DNA of 64,000 bases from Eubacteriales bacterium. GTDB taxonomy: Bacteria; Bacillota; Clostridia; Oscillospirales; CAG-272. The position numbers were made by a program, and so were the translations under genes. Shown in pieces: positions 6,584-14,617 of the stretch. Positions within the stretch are counted from its first letter, which is position 1. The number at the start of each line of letters is the position of its first letter. The stretch covers positions 972 to 64,971 of the forward strand of contig JAZQDD010000020.1 in assembly GCA_045546615.1 (NCBI GenBank), written 5' to 3'. The notes beneath the pieces were generated by a model. That model did no database searches. It had not been told where the DNA came from and worked only from the letters and a program-made list of their open reading frames with translations.

Positions 6584-6976
6584 ATGGTAGAAAAAAATAT
6601 TAAAAATTTCAGGGAGCAAAAGGGTATTAGCCAATCTGAACTCGCGGAAAAATTAAACGTTACAAGACAAGCGGTCTCGAATTGGGAAACGGGAAAAACG
6701 CAACCCGATATAGACACGCTTCATAAAATTGCGGACATACTTGAAGTAAGCATTGATGAACTGATTTACGGCAATAAAAGAACGAATCGCGTGGAAAATA
6801 AATATTATCACATTCAAAATATTACCAATAAAGCAGGCAAAGGGATCGGCTTTGGCGCGGTTTTAGCTATGGTCATATCCTACGTAAACTGGCACTCTAT
6901 CGGTTGGGCGATCCTTCACGGCATCTTTAATTGGGGATACGTTATATATTATATCATTAAATACGGTTGGTCGTAA
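6584..6976 (+). CDS. XRE HTH protein with C-terminal membrane anchor
   Basis: GGGGGA RBS. HTH motif LAEKLNVTRQAVSNWETGKTQPDIDTL. C-terminal hydrophobic GFGAVLAMVISYV...GWAILHGIFNWGYVIYYII. Confidence 0.85.
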   Translation: MVEKNIKNFREQKGISQSELAEKLNVTRQAVSNWETGKTQPDIDTLHKIADILEVSIDELIYGNKRTNRVENKYYHIQNITNKAGKGIGFGAVLAMVISYVNWHSIGWAILHGIFNWGYVIYYIIKYGWS

Positions 6977-7026
6977 GTGCGAGAAAAGGTTCAAAGTCCG
7001 CTATCAATAAAGTAAATCAGAGGGTC

Positions 7027-7057
7027 AAAGGGGCTGCGTTATTGGCGCAGTCCCTTT
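7027..7057 (+). terminator. terminator-like hairpin
   Basis: AAAGGGGCTGCG-TTATTGG-CGCAGTCCCTTT. Confidence 0.55.
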
Positions 7058-7146
7058 CTAAAATATTGACACTGTGCGCTGTGCGTGATATAATTAATTA
7101 AAAGGAAAAAATTGCTTTTGCAAGCTTGAAAACAGAGGTTAGCGCG

Positions 7147-8256
7147 ATGGAAAAAATACTTACAGCCTTTTGCTTTACGGACATACACAACCAGCAAGCG
7201 ATGCTTGACTATCCCACCACGGTGCGCCGTTCGCTCATCCAAGCCGCGGAGCTTGCCGCGGCGGAGTTTGGGCTTGCCGACATTGCGATAGTCGGCGGGG
7301 ATAACGTGTCCGACTACCCGCATTGGAACAAGTCCTGCGCTTTGCCGAAAAAGAATTTCCTTGACTTAAAGGCTAAAATGCACGCTTGCATTTCGGACTG
7401 CACCAAGGACGGCAGGGTGCTGTACGTTGCGGGCAACAACGATATGATACTCGGCGACATCGGAACGGACGAAAACGAGCCGTATAATACCACCGATTTT
7501 TACGATCTTATGGACGGCGCATTCGGTGAGCTTCCCGACGGCGAAAAGATCATCCTTACCTCGCGCGAAAAGCCCAATGAGCTGTATTGGGGTGCGTTCC
7601 ATTACGTTGTGGGCGGTATTGACTTTATCGGCATCAATATACACCCCGACACCGCGTTCAACACCCACGAGGGGTATTACAGCGACGAAACGCTCCGCTG
7701 GGTAAAGAATAAGCTCGATGAAATCGACCCCGACGGGCATAAATGCGTATTTGTCGTAGGGCATTTGTCGGCAATATATTATTTTAACAACGGAAATCTT
7801 TGCGAAACGATGATAAACGGCGACCGCGGCTTGTTTTACGATATATTCCGCGGACACAAAAACGCCTTTTACCTCTACGGTCACGTTCACGGCGAGGATT
7901 CCTGCTACAAGGAGCATTCATCGGGCGCGGTTTTGCACATCGACGGGGACAATAAGCCCCTCGGACGCAATTTGAGTGAGGCGGATTCGCGCGGTAAGGA
8001 GTACGAGTATTCATTCGTCCACATGGGCGGACTTCGTCCCTTTGGCGGTAAATATTTCGAGAATGACGGGCTTGAGGGCTTTGGCGGCGGCACAGAGAAA
8101 AAGTATTTCCCCTGCACCGCAACGCCGCGCCTTGTGCAGTTTTTGGTTTTTGAGGTCTACGGCGACCGCGTGGTTTTTCACGTTAGAAACACGGGCGAGC
8201 ATGAGGAATATAACAAAAATGACAGACTTGCGCAATATACGGTGTATCTGACGTAA
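7147..8256 (+). CDS. metallophosphoesterase (calcineurin-like)
   Basis: AGAGG RBS before ATG 7147 (the TTG at 7126 is less likely). Motifs FTDIHN, GGDNVSD, AGNND, VGHLS, GHVHGE. Confidence 0.85.
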   Translation: MEKILTAFCFTDIHNQQAMLDYPTTVRRSLIQAAELAAAEFGLADIAIVGGDNVSDYPHWNKSCALPKKNFLDLKAKMHACISDCTKDGRVLYVAGNNDMILGDIGTDENEPYNTTDFYDLMDGAFGELPDGEKIILTSREKPNELYWGAFHYVVGGIDFIGINIHPDTAFNTHEGYYSDETLRWVKNKLDEIDPDGHKCVFVVGHLSAIYYFNNGNLCETMINGDRGLFYDIFRGHKNAFYLYGHVHGEDSCYKEHSSGAVLHIDGDNKPLGRNLSEADSRGKEYEYSFVHMGGLRPFGGKYFENDGLEGFGGGTEKKYFPCTATPRLVQFLVFEVYGDRVVFHVRNTGEHEEYNKNDRLAQYTVYLT

Positions 8257-8394
8257 AATTTCTTAAACGCCAGCGTCCTCGGCGTGAAGTTTATATAGTT
8301 AAAACAAGAATAATTTTTATAATATTTATCAAAATAAGTGTGGGTAGGAATTTGTGCCGAAAGAGGCGTAAAATACCTGCGCGGGGGGACATCT

Positions 8395-9456
8395 ATGCAG
8401 AAGAATATTTTGCTCATACTAACGGGCGGTACGATATGCTCATTTGCCGACAGCAAGGGAGAGCGCGATGCTGATACCTTGGCGGCGAGGGCTTTGATAA
8501 TCGATAATTTCAGAAACGGCACTTCGCCGTACAGAAGCAAGGAGTGCGTCAAATTCGATTCAAAATTCCCCTTGAATATTTTAAGCGAAAATCTTACGCC
8601 CGACCATTGGAACACGCTCATCGGGGAAATGAGGACGTATGATCTCTCATCCTATGACGGAGTCATTATACTTCACGGTACTGATACGCTGGCGTACACG
8701 GCGGCGCTATTTTCGCTTTTGCTTGCGGGTATTTGCGTTCCTGTGATATTCGTTTCCAGCCAGCTTGGGCTGAATGAGGCCGGAACGAACGGCAACGATA
8801 ATTTCAAAGCCGCGGTGGAGCTTATAGTCAACGGGATATCGCCAAACGTGTATGCGGTATACAGAAACGACGAGACGATGGGCAACGAGACGAAAAAAAC
8901 GCTGTATCTGCACTATGCCGCGCATTTGTTGCAGTGTGCCAACCACTCCGATAATTTTTACAGCTGTGATATGCAAGAGATAGCGTTTGAAAACGCCGCG
9001 CACGCGGGGCGCAGATGCGCATCCGCGCAAATGATTTTTAATGACGCTCGTTTTGACGGCATAAGCGCAAACGTCCTCAAGCTGTCGCCGTACGTTGGTA
9101 TAGATTACTCCAAATATTCGTTGGATGGGGTGGATGCCGTGGTGCATGGGACGTATCATTCAAGCACCGTGCCGACAGATCCTTGCGGCAGATCGACGGA
9201 TATCAGCAAGCATTCGATAATGTATTTGAAGAAAAAATGCGGCGAGGCGGGCGGCATCCCCCTCTTTATCGAGCCATGCAGCAAAACAGCGTATATAAGC
9301 ACGGGAAACGCTTTGCGCGGCGGAATACTGCCGATAAGGGGGTTAAGCTCCGAAATGGCGTATGTAAAAACGCTTTTGGGATGCTCTTTGGGGCTTCGAG
9401 CAGAAGAGCTGTACAATTTTATTAATAAAACAAACGTCAATGATGAGTTTGTGTGA
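8395..9456 (+). CDS. type I L-asparaginase family protein (AnsA/GatD-like)
   Basis: G-rich RBS before ATG 8395. Signature LILTGGTICS, second signature ILHGTDTLAYTA, and SSQLGLNEAGTNGNDNF. Confidence 0.85.
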   Translation: MQKNILLILTGGTICSFADSKGERDADTLAARALIIDNFRNGTSPYRSKECVKFDSKFPLNILSENLTPDHWNTLIGEMRTYDLSSYDGVIILHGTDTLAYTAALFSLLLAGICVPVIFVSSQLGLNEAGTNGNDNFKAAVELIVNGISPNVYAVYRNDETMGNETKKTLYLHYAAHLLQCANHSDNFYSCDMQEIAFENAAHAGRRCASAQMIFNDARFDGISANVLKLSPYVGIDYSKYSLDGVDAVVHGTYHSSTVPTDPCGRSTDISKHSIMYLKKKCGEAGGIPLFIEPCSKTAYISTGNALRGGILPIRGLSSEMAYVKTLLGCSLGLRAEELYNFINKTNVNDEFV

Positions 9457-9478
9457 GATGTTTTTTTCGAAATTGTAG

Positions 9479-9507
9479 TTGACATCGTTTGAAAAACGTG
9501 ATATAAT
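9479..9507 (+). promoter_or_regulatory. promoter of the Asn T-box leader
   Basis: TTGACA-N17-TATAAT. Confidence 0.75.
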
Positions 9508-9513
9508 AAAGCA

Positions 9514-9760
9514 AAATAAAGACAGTGATGAAGCGAGTACTGTGAGTATCTTGTGTACAGAGAGCCGTGGGTGCTGAGACACGGCACAAGACTTATGGGA
9601 AAAACACTTCGGAGTCGGCGGAAGAAAGCTACGGCGAGTAGAACCGCACGTTCGTCGCGTAAAGACGCAGTTGAGTGGATCGCCCTTGGCGGTCAATTTG
9701 GGTGGTATCGCGGAAGCTTGCCTTTCGTCCCATGCGGGGCGGAAGGCTTTTTGTTTTTAA
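9514..9760 (+). promoter_or_regulatory. T-box riboswitch leader, specifier AAC (Asn)
   Basis: AGAGAG bulge and GGTGCTGAGA distal loop. T-box sequence AATTTGGGTGGTATCGCGG (9695-9713). Terminator GCCTTTCGTCCC-ATGC-GGGGCGGAAGGC plus TTTTT. AAC-A (9603-9606) sits directly before helix CTTC, which pairs with GAAG. Confidence 0.9.
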
Positions 9761-9804
9761 TTTATAAAAAATATGCTTAAATATTTTCTTGGGAGGAAGA
9801 AAAA

Positions 9805-11580
9805 ATGTTGAGAACACATAATTGTAATGAAATAAGGCCCGAGCATATCGGTCAGAAGGTCGTTTTGACGGGATGGATGGATACGGTCCGCGATCACGGC
9901 GGTATTCTTTTCGTTGACCTTCGCGACCATTTCGGAACTACGCAGGTCGTTTTTTCCGATGATAAGATGCTTAACGGTATCCTCAAGGAGACCGTTGTGC
10001 TTATCGAGGGTGTTGTAACCGAGAGAAGCGAGGACACCGTAAACCCCAAGATCGAAACGGGAATGGTAGAGGTAAAGGCTGACCGCATTGAGGTTCTCGG
10101 CCCTTGCCTTTTCGGACTTCCTTTTGATATCGACGCGTCTACCGCCACCCGCGAGGACGTAAGACTTAAATATCGCTATCTTGACTTGAGAAACAGAAAG
10201 ATACACGATAATATCGTGCTTCGTTCAAAGATACTCAGCTATCTGCGTTCGCAGATGGAGGAGCTGGGCTTTGTTGAGATACAAACTCCCATTCTTACCG
10301 CATCGTCTCCTGAGGGCGCGCGCGACTATCTTGTACCCAGCCGTAAGCACAAGGGCAAGTTCTATGCGCTTCCGCAGGCTCCCCAGCAGTTCAAGCAGCT
10401 GCTTATGGTATCGGGCTTTGACCGCTATTTCCAGATAGCTCCTTGCTTCCGTGACGAGGACGCGCGTCAGGACCGTTCCCCCGGAGAATTCTATCAGCTC
10501 GACTTTGAGATGTCCTTCGCAACGCAGGAGGATGTATTCGAGGTTGCCGAGAGTGTTGTATACAATACTTTCTCCAAGTTCAGCAACAAGAAGGTCTCAA
10601 AGCCCCCCTTCAAGAGAATAACTTTTGCCGAGTCCATGCTTAAATACGGAACGGATAAGCCCGACCTCAGAAACCCGCTTGAGATCAAGGATCTTACGGA
10701 CTTCTTTGCCGCAAATGAATTTCTTACCGTAAACGGCAGAACCGTACCTTTCAAGAACAAGCTCGTTCGCGGTATCGTTGCCAATTATCTCGTTAAGAGA
10801 GACGGCGAGGGCGACGGCAAAAAGGCGTTTGAGAAAGCTATCGACACCTATTCAAGAAGCATAGGTATGAAGTTTGGTTGCGGTTATATCACGCTTGAGG
10901 ACGGCGAGTTCAAGGGCCCGATCGCAAAGTTCCTTACCGATGAGCAAAAGAAGGAGCTGTGCGAGCTTTGCGCAATCAAGGAGGGCGATTCTCTGTTCTT
11001 CATCAGCGACAACGCCTCCGTAATCAACAAGCTTGCGGGCGAAATGCGCACTTGGATAGCCAACGAGCTTGGTCTTATTAATAAGGATGCGTTTGAGTTC
11101 TGCTTTATCGTTGATTTCCCGATGTATGAGCTTAATCCCGAGACTAACAAGATCGACTTTACGCACAATCCCTTCTCCATGCCTCAGGGCGGAATGGATG
11201 CGCTTCTTAACAAAGATCCTCTTGAAATTTTTGCATACCAGTATGATATCGTCTGCAACGGAGTAGAATTATCCTCGGGAGCTGTCAGAAACCACAACCC
11301 CGAGATAATGAGAAAGGCGTTTGAGATCGCGGGCTACGGCGAGGACGACCTCAAGGCGAAATTCGGCGCACTCTACACGGCATTCTCCTACGGCGCACCG
11401 CCTCACGCGGGCATGGCTCCCGGCGTTGACAGAATGATAATGCTCATTGCCGAGGAGGAGACTATCCGCGACGTTATCGCATTCCCGCTTAACGGTAACG
11501 CGCAAGACCTCATGATGGGCGCACCCGGTGAGGTCACCGAACAACAGCTCCGCGAAGTTCATATAAAAGTAAGAGATTAA
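9805..11580 (+). CDS. aspS: aspartate--tRNA ligase (bacterial type, probably non-discriminating given the context)
   Basis: GGGAGGAAG RBS. 591 aa. Motifs FVDLRDHFG, LPQAPQQFKQLLMVSG, FRDEDARQDRSPGEFYQLD. Confidence 0.96.
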   Translation: MLRTHNCNEIRPEHIGQKVVLTGWMDTVRDHGGILFVDLRDHFGTTQVVFSDDKMLNGILKETVVLIEGVVTERSEDTVNPKIETGMVEVKADRIEVLGPCLFGLPFDIDASTATREDVRLKYRYLDLRNRKIHDNIVLRSKILSYLRSQMEELGFVEIQTPILTASSPEGARDYLVPSRKHKGKFYALPQAPQQFKQLLMVSGFDRYFQIAPCFRDEDARQDRSPGEFYQLDFEMSFATQEDVFEVAESVVYNTFSKFSNKKVSKPPFKRITFAESMLKYGTDKPDLRNPLEIKDLTDFFAANEFLTVNGRTVPFKNKLVRGIVANYLVKRDGEGDGKKAFEKAIDTYSRSIGMKFGCGYITLEDGEFKGPIAKFLTDEQKKELCELCAIKEGDSLFFISDNASVINKLAGEMRTWIANELGLINKDAFEFCFIVDFPMYELNPETNKIDFTHNPFSMPQGGMDALLNKDPLEIFAYQYDIVCNGVELSSGAVRNHNPEIMRKAFEIAGYGEDDLKAKFGALYTAFSYGAPPHAGMAPGVDRMIMLIAEEETIRDVIAFPLNGNAQDLMMGAPGEVTEQQLREVHIKVRD

Positions 11581-11601
11581 TCGCTTTAAAAGGAGTTTTT
11601 T

Positions 11602-11883
11602 ATGAATAAAGAAACACTTGGAAGACTTGAGCTTCTGAATCAGCTCAAGCTCACGGAAGAGCAAAGGAGCGACGTGCTGTCTTTCTTTGAGAGCAGGGAA
11701 AGAGACATGGAGCAGGTAAACACAATAGATACCGCCGACACGGAACGCATGGTTCACGTTATGCCGATTATGACGGTTGTCCGCGAGGACGTAGTTGTTC
11801 AGAACTTCTCGCGCGAGGCACTTCAAGAGGGCGCACCCGAAACCGACGAGGGCTATTGGTGCGTTCCCAAGGTCGTTGAATGA
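11602..11883 (+). CDS. gatC: aspartyl/glutamyl-tRNA amidotransferase subunit C
   Basis: AAGGAG RBS. 93 aa. Position between aspS and gatA/gatB, and typical GatC size. Confidence 0.8.
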   Translation: MNKETLGRLELLNQLKLTEEQRSDVLSFFESRERDMEQVNTIDTADTERMVHVMPIMTVVREDVVVQNFSREALQEGAPETDEGYWCVPKVVE

Positions 11884-11895
11884 TCGGAGGATGGG

Positions 11896-13071
11896 ATGAT
11901 GGAAGAAAAAAAGATCATTATTGCCGATGATATGATACTCACGGTGGGAAGCCCCACCACCGCAGGCTCAAAAATGCTTGACGGATATAACAGCTTGTTT
12001 GAGGCAGAGGTGCTTACTCGCCTTAATGCCGCAGGATATCAGCTCGGCGGCAAAGCCGACGTTGGCGAGTTCGCCATAGACCTTCTCGGCGAGACTTCAT
12101 ATAAGGGTGCTTTGGTTGCTGACGGCAAGATCAAAAATGCCGCGGCAGAGGCAATCAAGGCAAGCGATGCCGCAGCGGCAATTTGCCTTGACGTAAACGG
12201 CAGCGTCAGACGCGCCGCCGCCCAAAGCGGACTTGTCAGCCTCAAGGCTACCTACGGTACTGTTTCCCGCTACGGTACGGTTCCCGTTGCTTGCTCGGGT
12301 GAGACTGTAAGCATTCTTGCCGCAGATGCCGAGGTCTGCCGTGACGTTCTTGACGTTGTGGCAGGAAATGATAAAAAGGACGGAACGAGCCTTTCCGACG
12401 ATATCTGCGCCAAGGTCAAAAAGGGCGCGGAGTATGCTCCCGTCCGCAAGGTCGCGCTCATTTCTTCTATGATGAATGGCGCGGACGCTGACGTAAAGGA
12501 AAAGATCGACGCGGCAGTTGCCGCCATGGAGAGCAAGGGAGTTGAGGTAACTTCCGTAGATAACGGCGTTATCCCCATGGCAAGGGGCGCGTGGAACGTT
12601 CTTATGAGCGCGGAGCTTTGCAATAACGTTTCGCGTTACGACGGCGTGAAGTACGGATACCGTTCCAATACTTTTTCCAATATCGAGGAGCTTTACACCA
12701 ACAGCCGTACCGAGGCGTTCGGTGATTTGCTCAAGGCGGCAATACTCTTTGGCTCTGATACGCTCTCAAGCGAGAACTATGACGGCGTATACGATAAGTG
12801 CCTGAGAATGCGCAGAGTCATTGTTGATGAATTTTCCAAGATATTTGAAGAATTCGACGCGGTCATTATGCCGAGCTGTTCGTCCATGTCGTATGCGGCA
12901 GAGGACGTTGCGGCAAACAAATATATTTCCTTTGAGGAGAATTACTATACCGCACCTGCGTCCATTACGGGATTGCCCGCAGTAGTGGCTGGCGGCGTTC
13001 AGGTGATCGGAAGAGCTTTTTCGGAGCAGGCTTTGCTGGATTTAGCGAGAATTATTAAGGAGGGCAGATAA
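11896..13071 (+). CDS. gatA: GatA-like amidase-signature protein, short form lacking the GGSSGGS motif
   Basis: GGAGGATGGG RBS. Collinear with GatA (TTAGSKML, NGSVRRAAA, LKATYGTVSRYG, SRYDGVKYGY). Only 391 aa, and the Gly/Ser-rich loop is replaced by DGKIKNAAAEAIKAS. Confidence 0.8.
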   Translation: MMEEKKIIIADDMILTVGSPTTAGSKMLDGYNSLFEAEVLTRLNAAGYQLGGKADVGEFAIDLLGETSYKGALVADGKIKNAAAEAIKASDAAAAICLDVNGSVRRAAAQSGLVSLKATYGTVSRYGTVPVACSGETVSILAADAEVCRDVLDVVAGNDKKDGTSLSDDICAKVKKGAEYAPVRKVALISSMMNGADADVKEKIDAAVAAMESKGVEVTSVDNGVIPMARGAWNVLMSAELCNNVSRYDGVKYGYRSNTFSNIEELYTNSRTEAFGDLLKAAILFGSDTLSSENYDGVYDKCLRMRRVIVDEFSKIFEEFDAVIMPSCSSMSYAAEDVAANKYISFEENYYTAPASITGLPAVVAGGVQVIGRAFSEQALLDLARIIKEGR

Positions 13072-13072
13072 G

Positions 13073-14515
13073 ATGAGATACGAAACTGTCATAGGACTTG
13101 AGGTTCACGTTGAGCTGGCAACAAAGTCAAAGATATTTTGCTCTTGCTCCGCCCATTCTTACGGCGCTGACCCCAATACCCACGTTTGTCCCGCCTGCTG
13201 CGGAATGCCCGGAATGCTTCCCGTAGTAAACAAAAGCGTTGTTGACTACGGTATGAAGGCGGGTATGATGCTCAATTGCCATATAAACAGAGTTACAACC
13301 TTTGACAAGAAGAGCTATTATTACCCCGATCTTCCCGCCGCGTATCAAACCACGCAGTGGTTTGCTCCCGTTGCGGTAAACGGACTCGTTGAGATAAAAA
13401 CGTCAAAAGGAACAAAAAACGTCAGAATAAAGCAGATCCACATGGAAGAGGATGCAGGAAAGCTGGTTCACGACATCCGCGAGGATACGACTCACGTTGA
13501 CTTCAACCGCACGAGCGTTCCGCTTATAGAAATAGTAAGCCAGCCCGATCTGTCAAGCGCAGAGGAGGTCGAGGCTTATCTTGAAAGACTCAAGACACTG
13601 CTTCGTTATGCGAGAGTTGCGGAGTGCGAAATGGCACACGGAACTATGCGTTGCGACGTTAACCTTTCCGTACGTCCCGAGGGCAGTGACAAGCTCGGCG
13701 TTAGAACCGAGATAAAGAATATGAACTCCATAGAGGCTATAAAGCGCGCTATTGAGTATGAAACCGCAAGACATATCGACGCTATTGAGAACGGCACGGA
13801 GGTTCTCCGTCAGGAGACCAGACGCTGGGATGATATCAAGGCGAGAAGCTACGCCATGAGAACCAAGGAAACTGCGGGCGACTACCGCTATTTCCCAGAT
13901 CCCAACGTAATGCCCGTAGAGATCGACGAGGATTGGTTTGAGAATGTCAAAGCATCTCTCCCCGAATTCCCCGAGGTCAAGCTCGAGAGATATATGCGCG
14001 ATTACGGACTTAGCGAATATGACGCAACACAGCTTACCAAGAGCATTGCGCTTTGCGACTGCTTTGAGGATGCGTACCGCGTTTGCAAGTCGGCAAAGGA
14101 TGCGGCTAACTGGATGATATCCGAGGTTATGAGCATATTGAACGCCAGAAAAATGACGTATGATATGCTTGATATATGCGGAAATTCTCTCGGAAACCTG
14201 ATACTTCTCGTGTCAGAGGGTAAGGTCGGCAGAGCAAATGCCAAGAAAATACTCTTTGCCATGTTTGACGACTCATCCATCGAGCCTTACGCTTACGCCG
14301 AGGCTAACGGATATATCATTTCAAACGACGTATCCAAGATCGAGTCTGTTGTAAAAGCCGTTCTCGAGGCAGATCCCGCTTCGGTTGCTGACTATAAGGG
14401 CGGAAAAGAAAAGGCGCTTATGGCACTTTTCGGAAGATGTATGAAAGACCTCAAGGGCAACTGCGATCCGCAGACCTTGAGAGGTATTTTGATCGATCTT
14501 ATCTCCAAATCGTAA
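13073..14515 (+). CDS. gatB: aspartyl/glutamyl-tRNA amidotransferase subunit B
   Basis: 480 aa. YETVIGLEVHVELATKSKIFCSC, followed by the GatB/YqeY C-terminal region. Start is 2 nt after the gatA stop. Confidence 0.95.
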   Translation: MRYETVIGLEVHVELATKSKIFCSCSAHSYGADPNTHVCPACCGMPGMLPVVNKSVVDYGMKAGMMLNCHINRVTTFDKKSYYYPDLPAAYQTTQWFAPVAVNGLVEIKTSKGTKNVRIKQIHMEEDAGKLVHDIREDTTHVDFNRTSVPLIEIVSQPDLSSAEEVEAYLERLKTLLRYARVAECEMAHGTMRCDVNLSVRPEGSDKLGVRTEIKNMNSIEAIKRAIEYETARHIDAIENGTEVLRQETRRWDDIKARSYAMRTKETAGDYRYFPDPNVMPVEIDEDWFENVKASLPEFPEVKLERYMRDYGLSEYDATQLTKSIALCDCFEDAYRVCKSAKDAANWMISEVMSILNARKMTYDMLDICGNSLGNLILLVSEGKVGRANAKKILFAMFDDSSIEPYAYAEANGYIISNDVSKIESVVKAVLEADPASVADYKGGKEKALMALFGRCMKDLKGNCDPQTLRGILIDLISKS

Positions 14516-14617
14516 TTCGAATGCCTTGAGCCGCGCTTTAATTTGCGTATAACGTCGAAATAAATAATACGATCAAGGTATTATGTTTATCCGAAGTTTT
14601 TTGGAGGGCACAAAAGA

